IMG/VR virus record: IMGVR_UViG_3300040734_000024 | Location: 1-50,493 of that record | DNA from: a virus | Taxonomy: Duplodnaviria > Caudoviricetes | DNA length: 50,493 nt | Strand: one strand, 5' to 3' | In this document: one piece after another, positions 1 through 8,648 of the stretch | Numbering within the stretch: the first letter of the stretch is position 1 | Layout of the letters: every line of letters starts with the position of its first letter | Notes under the pieces: generated by a model | The model's database searches: none | Told to the model about the DNA's origin: nothing | Seen by the model: only the letters and a program-made list of their open reading frames with translations | Position numbers and translations under genes: made by a program

Positions 1-56
1 ATGGTTGAGGGCCATGTGCCGCAAGGCGTGGGGGTTCAAGTCCCCCCCAGCGCACA
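1..56 (+). tRNA. 3' part of host tRNA-Leu(GAG) (5' part lies outside the window); left attachment site
   Basis: ATGG-TT-GAG-GG-CCAT anticodon arm, long variable arm TGCC-GCAA-GGCG, T arm GGGGG-TTCAAGT-CCCCC, 3' acceptor strand. Confidence 0.85.
4..55 (+). repeat. Left att core, 52-bp direct repeat
   Basis: Identical to 50439-50490. Confidence 0.97.
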
Positions 57-199
57 AAAAGAATACATGGATAAACGATTGAAATATCCATGTGCTGAAA
101 AAAGGCGATTTTTCGTTATCGCCGAAAAAATGCCCTTCAAAACGGGCACATGGTTTACCCCTGACATTATTCGGTTGGTAAAGTTCGGAGGCTTAATCC

Positions 200-493
200 A
201 TGACAGATAATTTACAAAGTTTCACCGCCTGGGGTATGGTGTCTGTCTCAGACGAGCAGATCACGGTCATTCTATCAGCCGTGACCAGAAGCGGGGAACC
301 TATCAACCGCACGGTTCGCCAAAAAAGCGAACATCTACTTGGCTTCACTGGATCAGCATTGGTAGCTTGCGATATTTCCGGCTGCCACATGCAAGGCATT
401 CACGAAATAGGCGAAACGCCTATTATGGGTCACCCGGATGTGGAGAAAGTTTTTCAAAGTGCGGTAAACTGGCTGAATATTTCAGCCAAATAA
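200..493 (+). CDS. Hypothetical protein
   Basis: 97-aa ORF with GGAGG RBS. Confidence 0.55.
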   Translation: MTDNLQSFTAWGMVSVSDEQITVILSAVTRSGEPINRTVRQKSEHLLGFTGSALVACDISGCHMQGIHEIGETPIMGHPDVEKVFQSAVNWLNISAK

Positions 494-581
494 GAAGGGT
501 ATTCGTCCAGGCGCTCAATGACTCTGATGTGGTCGCCTGAGACATACCACGACGGCGGGGTTGCAGCTCCGCCGTCACTTT

Positions 582-866
582 TTAACCCTTCGTGACCTGG
601 ACCCGTTCGCCTACCATTTGCAGGTAGACAACTTCATCCTTTTTCGCCGCATAGTAGAAAAGATACACGACCAATCCCACTACCAGCATACAGAACCAAA
701 ACAGCGCCCACCAAAAGCTGAAGCGCTTTGGTTTGACGAGCTGTGCGGAGTACGGGGTCTGTTCGACTACCCGGAACCCTTTACGAACATACTTTTGAAT
801 TTCTTTCACGAGTGCGGGATGTATTTGTTCCACCTTATTTATTGTCCTCCTGTTGGATACCCTCAA
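582..866 (-). CDS. Small single-pass membrane protein (lysogeny operon)
   Basis: Hydrophobic stretch FSFWWALFWFCMLVVGLVVYLFYY; same strand as and downstream of the repressor. Confidence 0.65.
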   Translation of the reverse strand: MRVSNRRTINKVEQIHPALVKEIQKYVRKGFRVVEQTPYSAQLVKPKRFSFWWALFWFCMLVVGLVVYLFYYAAKKDEVVYLQMVGERVQVTKG

Positions 867-1236
867 AATAAAACTTGCCTTCTGGAAACTTTAGATCAAA
901 ATCTCTCACAATGGTCATGCTGCGTCTTTTTATGTTTTCCAGCAAGGTTCTCCATTGTTCGACATTTCTATCTTTCTTAGAAAAATTACAATAATGGCAG
1001 GTGGGGACTAAGTTCTCCTCGTCGTTTTTCCCGCCGTAGGCTAACGGGTTTTTATGGTCAATATGAAAACTGGCGAAGTCAAGCGGTTCACCGCAATAAT
1101 AACAATGGCCGTTCAGCAGGTGAAATATCTTTGCCCTGAATTTTTTGTTTACGGCCATTGTTGAAAATTTTTGCTTAAGCGCCTGGTAATCGCTTGGTTT
1201 ATTTACGAATGTGTTCAACAATCTCTCCAGTATCAA
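835..1236 (-). CDS. HNH endonuclease
   Basis: CYYCG...HIDHKNPLAYGG..N.ENLVPTCHYCNFSK motif; true start may be the internal MAVNKK. Confidence 0.88.
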   Translation of the reverse strand: MILERLLNTFVNKPSDYQALKQKFSTMAVNKKFRAKIFHLLNGHCYYCGEPLDFASFHIDHKNPLAYGGKNDEENLVPTCHYCNFSKKDRNVEQWRTLLENIKRRSMTIVRDFDLKFPEGKFYFEGIQQEDNK

Positions 1237-1438
1237 TTAGATCGCCAGGCTTAATATGCAGTACCCGGCAAATGCCAGCCATAGCATCAAGCGAAATCCC
1301 ACGCGTCCGGTTGTGATAAACATTCATAGCCGTCTGATAATGAATTCCAGCATCAGCGGCTAATTGACTGACACTTATCCCTCGTTCTTTTAGGATTTCG
1401 TGTAATCGGAATTTGTACTCTTGCTTTTTTTCATCCAC
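1199..1438 (-). CDS. XRE/Cro-CI family HTH repressor
   Basis: LHEILKERGISVSQLAADAGI...ISLDAMAGICRVLHIKPGDLI; divergent from the early operon. Confidence 0.88.
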   Translation of the reverse strand: MDEKKQEYKFRLHEILKERGISVSQLAADAGIHYQTAMNVYHNRTRGISLDAMAGICRVLHIKPGDLIDTGEIVEHIRK

Positions 1439-1444
1439 AATCGA

Positions 1445-1453
1445 ATTATAGCA
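1445..1453 (-). promoter_or_regulatory. Extended -10 promoter (TGCTATAAT) for the repressor, probably leaderless
   Basis: TGnTATAAT on the minus strand ending 6 nt before the GTG start at 1438. Confidence 0.6.
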
Positions 1454-1458
1454 TGGTT

Positions 1459-1513
1459 TGATAATATCGTATCACTATTGACATTTGAAACGATATATGA
1501 TAATATATTGTCA
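1459..1513 (+). promoter_or_regulatory. Sigma70-type promoter (TTGACA 1478-1483, N17, TAATAT 1501-1506) with palindromic operators at 1459-1474 and 1498-1513
   Basis: TGATA-N6-TATCA and TGATA-N6-TGTCA inverted repeats flank or overlap the promoter of the sigma-factor gene. Confidence 0.6.
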
Positions 1514-1555
1514 ACTCGGGGCTGCAACCCCGAAAACCACATCAGGAGTCACAAA

Positions 1556-2113
1556 ATGGAAAGCAGTATCACTACACTCGAAAGCAAGATCGAAAACCTA
1601 ACCCCCACGTTGAAGAAAATTGCAAACCGGTACGCCAACGGGAAAGTCGAAGCAGATGACCTGTTTCAACACATGGTCGAAAAGATTTTCCGTTCCTGCA
1701 AGGCAGAGGATACAAAATCCTACATCTGCCAATTGGCGACCTGGACTGCTCGGAACATGGTCAACGCTGAAAAGATTTACCTGCGGTACGTGACCACCGG
1801 CCCGGAACAGGACGACAGCGAAACCAAGGCCACTGACTTTATCGAAATGTTCTCGGATGCAGAAGCGGTATCACCGGAACAGCGGTTGGTCGAACTCGAA
1901 AGTGAAGCTGAAATGCGTTTGGTTCTGGCAAAGATTTACCCCAGCCTGGATGACACGAACAAGCAGATCGTTGTCATGCTCTCTGAGAACAAGACCCACC
2001 AGACCATCGCTGAATTTCTCGGGATCACACGGCAAGCGGTCACCAACCGGGTTCGTGACCTGCGGGGAATTTTCCAGCTTGCAGGCTTGACACCTGCGTT
2101 CATGTCAGCGTAA
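1556..2113 (+). CDS. Phage-encoded ECF-like sigma-70 family factor
   Basis: Region-2-like LKKIANRY...EADDLFQ and region-4 HTH HQTIAEFLGITRQAVTNRV; AGGAG RBS before ATG 1556. Confidence 0.8.
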   Translation: MESSITTLESKIENLTPTLKKIANRYANGKVEADDLFQHMVEKIFRSCKAEDTKSYICQLATWTARNMVNAEKIYLRYVTTGPEQDDSETKATDFIEMFSDAEAVSPEQRLVELESEAEMRLVLAKIYPSLDDTNKQIVVMLSENKTHQTIAEFLGITRQAVTNRVRDLRGIFQLAGLTPAFMSA

Positions 2114-2126
2114 AATAAGAAAGTTG

Positions 2127-2155
2127 CTCCCCTGGTTTTCCAGGGGAGTTTTTTT
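2127..2155 (+). terminator. Rho-independent terminator after the sigma gene
   Basis: CTCCCCTGG-TTTT-CCAGGGGAG followed by T7. Confidence 0.85.
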
Positions 2156-2184
2156 GTTATATGGGGGTTAGTGAAATTATTCAG

Positions 2185-2215
2185 GTGTCCGATTGTAATT
2201 ATTGTTTGTTTAATA
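2185..2215 (+). promoter_or_regulatory. Phage promoter-like motif, copy 1
   Basis: GTGTCC-N16-TGTTTAATA. Confidence 0.8.
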
Positions 2216-2243
2216 CCCATAGACCTGAATTGCGGAGGTAACT

Positions 2244-2423
2244 ATGGTTATGGTATCTCGTCCTGCTGGGGGAATATGTTTGAACGCCAGTATACGTGAA
2301 TACTTACTTGATTATGACGGAAACCCGAAGCGTTTTGCGACTGTGGACGCCGCAAAGCGATTTTTACGAGACATGGGGTTTTCGGATGATGACATGGTCG
2401 GGCTTGAATTTGAGCAAGAATGA
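2244..2423 (+). CDS. Small hypothetical protein (59 aa, not in the ORF track)
   Basis: GGAGG RBS, MVMVSRPAGG..., stop overlaps the MTase start (ATGA). Confidence 0.6.
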   Translation: MVMVSRPAGGICLNASIREYLLDYDGNPKRFATVDAAKRFLRDMGFSDDDMVGLEFEQE

Positions 2424-3592
2424 ATAAAACTATTTGCGCCATTGACCTTTTTTGCGGTGCTGGTGGAACATCGACCGGCTTAATAAAAGCTGCCGAAGCA
2501 CTTGGGTATTCAGTGAATCTAATTGCTATAAACCACTGGCAGGTAGCCATTGCTACTCATTCCCAAAACCATCCGAACGTACAACACCGGTGCGAGAGTT
2601 TAGATAATGTGGATCCCAGGAAAGCCGTACCTGGCGGTCATGTTGACCTGTTGGTAGCTTCCCCTGAATGCACCCACCACAGCCGCGCACGGGGCGGTAA
2701 GCCAATGAGCGACCAATCCAGGGCGTCCGCCTTCCACGTCCTGCGCTGGTGTGAAGCGCTGGACGTGAGCGATGTACTGCTGGAAAACGTACCGGAATTC
2801 ATGGACTGGGGGCCGTTATACAATGACTGCAACTGTGGTGCCGGCACCGATAAGGAAATGAAGTTGCACGACAAAAAATGCCACTGGAATAAACCTATCC
2901 CAAAAATGAAAGGGCGGGTTTACCGGTCGTTCTTAAGCTCGATGCGCGCCCTCGGGTATAAGGTTGAGGCACGCGTGATCAACACGGCGGACTATGGGGA
3001 TCCACAGACCCGTAAACGCCTGTTCATAATGGCGCGCAAGAATAAGAGAATTATCTGGCCTGAACCTACCTACAGTGAGAAAGGAGGGGCAGACCTATTC
3101 GGCGACCACCAGAAGTGGAAAGCCTCCCGCAGTATTATTGACTTTGGAATACCCAGCAAGTCAATTTACGGAAGGAAAAAGCCGCTGGCAAAGAATACGC
3201 TAAAGCGGATCGAAGCCGGATTGCGTAAGTACAGCGGCCTGCCTTTTGTTCTCGGGCAACAATCTTGCGCCTCCCCTCGAAGCGTGGACAATCCTTTACC
3301 TACCGTATCGGCCGCCGGGGCTATTTCTCTCGTTGAACCATTCCTGATAACAACTAATTGGGGAGAGACCAACCGTAGCCAACCGCGCTCTGTAGAAGAT
3401 CCCATGCCGACAATAACGGGTCAGAATTTTGTCGGCCTCGTCCAGCCGTTCATAGTCCAGATGGATTTAGGCGGTAGTTCTCATTCGGTTGACGAACCCA
3501 TGAACACACTTACCAGTGCGGACGCCAGGGGATTATTTGTCAATTTTATTCGAGGGGGATTTTTCACAGGACTCAGGCTTCCTGGGTGTTGA
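2420..3592 (+). CDS. DNA (cytosine-5) methyltransferase, apparently lacking C-terminal motifs IX-X
   Basis: DLFCGAGG, SPEC, LENV, QTRKRLF motifs; repeated TRD-like segments; no GNAV-type motif X seen. Confidence 0.85.
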   Translation: MNKTICAIDLFCGAGGTSTGLIKAAEALGYSVNLIAINHWQVAIATHSQNHPNVQHRCESLDNVDPRKAVPGGHVDLLVASPECTHHSRARGGKPMSDQSRASAFHVLRWCEALDVSDVLLENVPEFMDWGPLYNDCNCGAGTDKEMKLHDKKCHWNKPIPKMKGRVYRSFLSSMRALGYKVEARVINTADYGDPQTRKRLFIMARKNKRIIWPEPTYSEKGGADLFGDHQKWKASRSIIDFGIPSKSIYGRKKPLAKNTLKRIEAGLRKYSGLPFVLGQQSCASPRSVDNPLPTVSAAGAISLVEPFLITTNWGETNRSQPRSVEDPMPTITGQNFVGLVQPFIVQMDLGGSSHSVDEPMNTLTSADARGLFVNFIRGGFFTGLRLPGC

Positions 3593-3622
3593 TGTCAATA
3601 ATCATTTTCGGTTTGTTTAATA
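3592..3622 (+). promoter_or_regulatory. Phage promoter-like motif, copy 2 (with anti-SD hairpin 3579-3630)
   Basis: ATGTCA-N16-TGTTTAATA. Confidence 0.7.
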
Positions 3623-3636
3623 CCCAGGAGACCTTT

Positions 3637-3792
3637 ATGGACGAAAAAACGATCCTTTCACTGGCGAACTGGACACAACCTAAAGAGATAGTCACGAAAT
3701 ACGGCCCGCGGTATCTGCGGACTGCAAACGTGACAGAAGCATTTTCTTCCGCCTGTCGAGTCGTCAATAATGCGCTGAAAAAGATGCGGTAA
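3637..3792 (+). CDS. Short hypothetical protein, possibly a gene remnant
   Basis: AGGAG RBS, 51 aa. Confidence 0.45.
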   Translation: MDEKTILSLANWTQPKEIVTKYGPRYLRTANVTEAFSSACRVVNNALKKMR

Positions 3793-3798
3793 TCCAGC

Positions 3799-4674
3799 AT
3801 GGGGATTATCCGGGTATTTCCACGCAAGACATCTTACACGCCATCCGATGAATATGTGTTTGTTGGTGAACCTCCTTTGTTTCGTCCAGAAGCAGAGGAG
3901 GTTCATGTTTCCGTAACGTTCACATGGGATATTGATTACGGGAAACACCTTCTTTCCGCATGGTCAAAATACTACCCAAAGGTATTAATCGGAGGGCCGG
4001 CACTCGGAAATATAACCACCAACTTTCAACCAGGTCGATATGTAAAAACTGGAGTTACCTTTACCACGCGTGGTTGTGACAACAATTGCCCGTGGTGCCT
4101 GGTGCATAGCAAGGAGGGAAAACTCGTTGAGATAGCGGATTTTGCAGAAGGAAATATCATTCAAGACAATAATTTGCTCATGGCAAGCCGGACCCACATC
4201 GAAAAAGTATTTTCGATGCTAAGAATGCAAAAACGAGCGGCTATTTTTGCTGGTGGTCTTCAGGCGAGCCTGATAGATGATTGGTTTGTAGATCTTCTTA
4301 AGACGATCAGGCTTGACAGCTTGTTTTTGGCTGCTGATACCTACGGTGCTTTAATACCTCTTGAAAAAGCACTCAATAAGCTAGCGGGCTTTGAAAGGCG
4401 TAAATTACGTGTCTACTGCATGATTGGTATGAATGAAACAATGGATCAAGCCGAACAACGCCTAGAAGCTGTTTGGAAATTGGGGGGGCTGCCATTTGCA
4501 CAACTCTACCAACCGCCCGAAAAATTCATTGATTATTCGAGCGATTGGAAAGCTTTGGTGCGTAAATGGTCTCGTCCAGCAGCTATGTTCACGAGCCATA
4601 AGAATACCGGAGAGGATATCCGAAATGGATCAGGGAAAGAAGTGTCTTATCTGCCGGTACTTTGGAATAAATAA
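3799..4674 (+). CDS. Radical SAM protein
   Basis: TRGCDNNCPWC (CxxxCxxC), GGP and DNN motifs. Confidence 0.85.
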   Translation: MGIIRVFPRKTSYTPSDEYVFVGEPPLFRPEAEEVHVSVTFTWDIDYGKHLLSAWSKYYPKVLIGGPALGNITTNFQPGRYVKTGVTFTTRGCDNNCPWCLVHSKEGKLVEIADFAEGNIIQDNNLLMASRTHIEKVFSMLRMQKRAAIFAGGLQASLIDDWFVDLLKTIRLDSLFLAADTYGALIPLEKALNKLAGFERRKLRVYCMIGMNETMDQAEQRLEAVWKLGGLPFAQLYQPPEKFIDYSSDWKALVRKWSRPAAMFTSHKNTGEDIRNGSGKEVSYLPVLWNK

Positions 4675-4706
4675 GTATTTAGCCATAATACCTAATAAAT
4701 CAATCG

Positions 4707-4749
4707 GTGTCATCACCTCCTGTTAGTTTTTTTAATAACAGGAGGTGAT
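4707..4749 (+). promoter_or_regulatory. Phage promoter-like motif, copy 3, within a 14-bp anti-SD hairpin
   Basis: GTGTCA-N16-TTTTTAATA; ATCACCTCCTGTTA / TAACAGGAGGTGAT. Confidence 0.8.
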
Positions 4750-4750
4750 T

Positions 4751-5272
4751 ATGAATATTACACGAATTGATGTCGAACAAACTCCGGGCGGTCTGCTGGT
4801 GCGCGAATGGTTTGAAGGTTGGAACCAAGATGCTACGCCGCCTTGCGACCTTTCCCGAACGGTAAATAAGAACATTGGCTTGTTCATGCTCGACCTGCAG
4901 GACGCCGGTTACACATGCGAAATGGCAGACGGTACGCACGGACGGGCGCTGCGGGGTGAAATCACCCGGATCGACTTTTATAAACAAGCTGACGGTTGGC
5001 GTGTGCAAAAGTACCCGTATGGCTGGACAGCAAAAACCCGTCCTATCCAGGAAGCGGTTTTAGCTGACACAGCCGATGCGCTCCGGTGGTGTAAAGATAA
5101 TGGCTGGGTTGTCCGGGAATGGCCTGGTGGTGCACGAGCGTTCAAAGGGAAACCGTACCCAGTCCGGGACACAGCGGGGATCATGTCGATGCGCCGGAAG
5201 GCAGAAGCTGAGTATTTAGGCGGCCAGACCGGAACGAATAAAATCTTCTTTGATTTTGCTTTCGATTGGTAA
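4751..5272 (+). CDS. Hypothetical protein
   Basis: Strong AGGAGGT RBS, 173 aa. Confidence 0.7.
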   Translation: MNITRIDVEQTPGGLLVREWFEGWNQDATPPCDLSRTVNKNIGLFMLDLQDAGYTCEMADGTHGRALRGEITRIDFYKQADGWRVQKYPYGWTAKTRPIQEAVLADTADALRWCKDNGWVVREWPGGARAFKGKPYPVRDTAGIMSMRRKAEAEYLGGQTGTNKIFFDFAFDW

Positions 5273-5281
5273 CTCAAATCG

Positions 5282-5322
5282 GTGTCATAACCTCCAGCTA
5301 ATTTGTTTAATAGCTGGAGGTT
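5282..5322 (+). promoter_or_regulatory. Phage promoter-like motif, copy 4, within a 12-bp anti-SD hairpin
   Basis: GTGTCA-N16-TGTTTAATA; AACCTCCAGCTA / TAGCTGGAGGTT. Confidence 0.8.
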
Positions 5323-5327
5323 TTACT

Positions 5328-5501
5328 ATGAAAAACCTGACAACCAACTTAGAGGAAGCATACAAGGAACTGGATAATGTGGTTTTGAACGCTATCCGTT
5401 CCGATGCGCCAGAGAAAGCAATCCGCAAGATCGAAGCGTTGCAGAAAAGGATGACTTCGATGACCGTGGAGAAAGCAGAGGAAACCAGCAAGCAAAACTA
5501 A
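5328..5501 (+). CDS. Small hypothetical protein
   Basis: GGAGG RBS, 57 aa. Confidence 0.6.
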   Translation: MKNLTTNLEEAYKELDNVVLNAIRSDAPEKAIRKIEALQKRMTSMTVEKAEETSKQN

Positions 5502-5547
5502 TGACCAGGTTACTTGACCAATCGTATTCAACCTTTTTTACTTTGCT

Positions 5548-6294
5548 TTGGAGATGCAAAAAATGACTGAACAGAATTACGCTCTTGTAAGTTTATACCA
5601 CCCCACGGGTGCAAAAGTATCAATCCCCCTTTCGTTAGCTGAAACAATCACAAAAGGACAGGCTTCTTTTTTGGTCGAATCGGTCGATCAACTGGTCGCC
5701 GCCGGCTTCACCGTGAACCTTCCCGGTCTCATGGACGGCGAGAACTTTGAACAGATCGGATTCGCTGTCCGCCGTGAAAAAGTCAACGATGACGGTACGG
5801 TCACCCCGGTAATGGATGTTTACCCTGTGAACGGAAACTTCCGGCTGATCGGTATGTACCTGAACTCCCTTGAGAACATCAAGGCGTTTGAGACCGCTAC
5901 CGGACTGTGCGTCGAAAAAATGCTCTTGTGGGATGGAAGCACTATCGAGCGCGGTAAGAAGCCGGCCACGGACAAGTACGTTACTGCCCTGAAAGCCCCG
6001 GCTAAACTCGTCTGGAAATTCAACCCGAAATGGGAAGGCGACACAGACGACAAGCACCCCAAGCGGTTATTCGTCCGCTGGGAAGGTTTACGCCCGTTGA
6101 ACGGGAACGAAAGCGCACCAGAACCGGTTTCGATGACGGTTGAAGAAGCCGGAGCGGTCAAGACCCCAGGTGGTGCGGAAATCGGCACCCTTAGCCTGGA
6201 TAAACTGAAGACCCTCTCCGCTTCGACCGCAAGCAACGTGACCGATCAAATGCGGGAAGCTGCGAAGATTATCCTGAGCACCAAGACCGCCTAA
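5548..6294 (+). CDS. Hypothetical protein (next to SSB, possibly recombination related)
   Basis: Long ORF in the early operon; function inferred from position only. Confidence 0.7.
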   Translation: MEMQKMTEQNYALVSLYHPTGAKVSIPLSLAETITKGQASFLVESVDQLVAAGFTVNLPGLMDGENFEQIGFAVRREKVNDDGTVTPVMDVYPVNGNFRLIGMYLNSLENIKAFETATGLCVEKMLLWDGSTIERGKKPATDKYVTALKAPAKLVWKFNPKWEGDTDDKHPKRLFVRWEGLRPLNGNESAPEPVSMTVEEAGAVKTPGGAEIGTLSLDKLKTLSASTASNVTDQMREAAKIILSTKTA

Positions 6295-6356
6295 GCGGTG
6301 AAACCAGCAGAGCCGGTTTGGAATACCGGCTCTGCATTATTGATTGTGAGGTTTTT

Positions 6357-6785
6357 ATGCCGTTTCCACGAATGGACATCGAATTAGTAGGTAATGTCGG
6401 GAAAGCGCCTGAAATGCGCTATACGCCGGATGCGAAGCAGGTTGTGAAGCTGTCCCTCGGCGTGTCCCGCAAATGGAAAGCAGACGGCGGTGAACAGAAG
6501 CAGGAAACATCCTGGTTTACCGTCACCTGCTGGGGACAACTGGCTGAACAGGTGAACCGCCTTGCTGTTGGTCAACAGGTGCTTGTGAAAGGATACCTGA
6601 AACCTGATCCGACGACCGGCTGCCCGCGTATTTGGACCCGTGCGGACGGTACACCTGGTGCATCGTACGAACTGACTGCGACCGAGGTCTGGGTATCCCT
6701 GTTCGGGAAAGCATCTGGTAGCACCGCTGTGCAACCTGAAAGCGCCGAGTACGGTGATGAACCGCCCCCGGAGATCCCATTTTAG
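6357..6785 (+). CDS. ssb: Single-stranded DNA-binding protein
   Basis: LVGNVGKAPEMRYTP...ETSWFTVTCWGQLAE...acidic tail ending EIPF. Confidence 0.93.
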   Translation: MPFPRMDIELVGNVGKAPEMRYTPDAKQVVKLSLGVSRKWKADGGEQKQETSWFTVTCWGQLAEQVNRLAVGQQVLVKGYLKPDPTTGCPRIWTRADGTPGASYELTATEVWVSLFGKASGSTAVQPESAEYGDEPPPEIPF

Positions 6786-6798
6786 GGAGAGGTGAACC

Positions 6799-7068
6799 AT
6801 GCCAACTTTACCATCAGATCCCCAAAACCAGGAAGCCGGACAGATTACTGGACAAGTAACCGCCGGTAATTGTCAGGGCGTGAACATTCCAACCAGAGAA
6901 ATTCTGAACGATATGCGAGACGCAGTCGATGATCTTGAGAATGCGGATATCGCGTTGAATATCGGAGCTCTCACCTACGGTAAGGACAAGCACCCAACCA
7001 TCGAACGGTGGACAGAAAATCTGAACCAGATCGAGGCTATGATTTCCATCCTGCGTAAGCGCCACTAA
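6799..7068 (+). CDS. Hypothetical protein
   Basis: GAGGT RBS, 89 aa. Confidence 0.6.
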   Translation: MPTLPSDPQNQEAGQITGQVTAGNCQGVNIPTREILNDMRDAVDDLENADIALNIGALTYGKDKHPTIERWTENLNQIEAMISILRKRH

Positions 7069-7077
7069 TTTTCATTC

Positions 7078-7109
7078 AGGAGCGGTGAAAAAGCCGCTCC
7101 TTTTTTTTT
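7078..7109 (+). terminator. Rho-independent terminator
   Basis: AGGAGCGG...CCGCTCCT followed by a T run. Confidence 0.8.
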
Positions 7110-7119
7110 CGATCAATCG

Positions 7120-7150
7120 GTGTCCATCCGGACATCTTGTTTTTTTAATC
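7120..7150 (+). promoter_or_regulatory. Phage promoter-like motif, copy 5 (replication operon)
   Basis: GTGTCC-N16-TTTTTAATC directly after a terminator. Confidence 0.75.
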
Positions 7151-7166
7151 TTTGAGGAGTTTCTAC

Positions 7167-7385
7167 ATGTTAAATTTTTTTACCCATAAAACCAAAACTC
7201 ATAAAAACGTGAAAGCAAGCAACAGCGTCTACATGGGCGCTAAGGCCGGCATGGTATCTATTTTCTACCGGGGCGCTATTATCCCGTTGACCCCCGACCT
7301 GGCCGACCAGATCGCCGCCCACTTGCCGCGGTATGCGAACATTGCCCGGAATTTGGCGGAGAGTAATAAACCTGCGGAGGCGTAA
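7167..7385 (+). CDS. Hypothetical protein
   Basis: GAGGAG RBS. Confidence 0.6.
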   Translation: MLNFFTHKTKTHKNVKASNSVYMGAKAGMVSIFYRGAIIPLTPDLADQIAAHLPRYANIARNLAESNKPAEA

Positions 7386-7784
7386 ATGGCGCCCGCCAAA
7401 TATACCTCACCTGCATACTATGACAATTTGATCAGAACCATGCCGGCCGGGTTGGAGCGTGCTGTTGTCCAAATCCTGAAGAACCACATCGGGAAGGAAA
7501 ATGCGCTCCACCTTGACCAGTTGGCTATTTTCCTAATTGATCTAGGTTTTCACGCAGAAAAGCGCCAGATCAGGATCGCAATCAGGAACTTGCGCCGGGA
7601 ACAATGGCTTATCGGTGCGCTTCCTTCTGAAGGCTACTACATCATTTCCTCAAAAGCCGAGTTCAACGAATTTGTGGACAAAGAGTTCAAGCCAAAGATT
7701 ACTGACATGGCTGAAACTTTGCGAATTATGCGGAACTCGGCTAACGAGCGATTCGGAGAAGCAATACAGGGAGCATTGTTATGA
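7386..7784 (+). CDS. Winged-HTH-like DNA-binding protein
   Basis: HIGKENA...RQIRIAIRNLRR...GYYI pattern. Confidence 0.6.
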   Translation: MAPAKYTSPAYYDNLIRTMPAGLERAVVQILKNHIGKENALHLDQLAIFLIDLGFHAEKRQIRIAIRNLRREQWLIGALPSEGYYIISSKAEFNEFVDKEFKPKITDMAETLRIMRNSANERFGEAIQGALL

Positions 7785-8648
7785 GCGTAAAGGTTACGAC
7801 ACTTGTCTTCGATGCGGAAATGCAAGACTTACCATACACGAAGGACGGGGAGCAGCGCAACGCCAAAGCATCGACTGTAAAGCTGATAATGTTGGCCTAT
7901 GCAGACCATGCAAACGATGACGGTGAATCTGCATACCCAGGGTATTCAAGGCTCGAAGTAAAAACAGCTTTAAGCCGTCAGGGTATTGCGGATACTTTGG
8001 AAGCCATTACCCAAAACGGGCTAATGTCTCTTACCGGGGTAAGTAAGAGGCATACGAATAGTTACCAAATCAATATGACAAAACTTAGAGAACTAGTCAA
8101 GCCACTTGACCACCAGGTAGTCAAGCCACTTGACCAGCACGAGTCAAGCCACTGGACTAGAATCATCCATTAACCATCCATTAATTAATACGGAACGAGT
8201 AAAGAAAGTACTGTCTGCAAACCCGGTATGGTCAATGGTTGGTGACGTGGATTATGTCCCGTCTGAAGACGAGATCAGCCTGCAACACATTCGGCGCACA
8301 TGGGACACCCTCATGCGTACAAACACCCCCTGGGATCACTGGGGTACGTTCGATAAGTGGTTGCTGGAACAGGAACGGTCTGGCAAACCGGTTGCCACTT
8401 TCTGTAAATGGTTTATGAGCGATACTTTTCGGCGGTCATCTATCGGAAACTGGACCCCCACGGGAAAGAAGGGTCAGTGGTCGTTCAAGTACATTTACCC
8501 CCAGGCATTCCCAATATCTGACGAACAAGCGCCGCAAACCGATGTCGAGACACCGCTTGCACAGCGCATGAAAACCTGGAAGCCGTTGACGATAAAGGAC
8601 AGAAAGGTTGTCAAACCGGAACCGGCTGCCAATTCAGGTGGAATGTGA
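7781..8648 (+). pseudogene. Phage replication initiator (N-terminal HTH), split by a frameshift in its iteron repeats (ORFs 7781-8173 and 8130-8648)
   Basis: KLIMLAYADHANDDG..AYPGYSRL..KT.LSR N-terminus, internal iterons, immediately upstream of DnaB. Confidence 0.7.
8095..8157 (+). repeat. Three iteron-like palindromic repeats AGTCAAG-CCA-CTTGAC (putative ori)
   Basis: Copies at 8095, 8119 and 8142; spacing 24 and 23 bp; the third has one substitution. Confidence 0.85.

Noticed and set aside
1-210. 69-aa ORF at the window start
   Set aside because: It overlaps the tRNA-Leu 3' part and att region; spurious
8095-8157. Palindromic tandem repeats as a CRISPR array
   Set aside because: Spacers are only 7-8 nt and the repeats lie inside a replication initiator gene, which fits iterons
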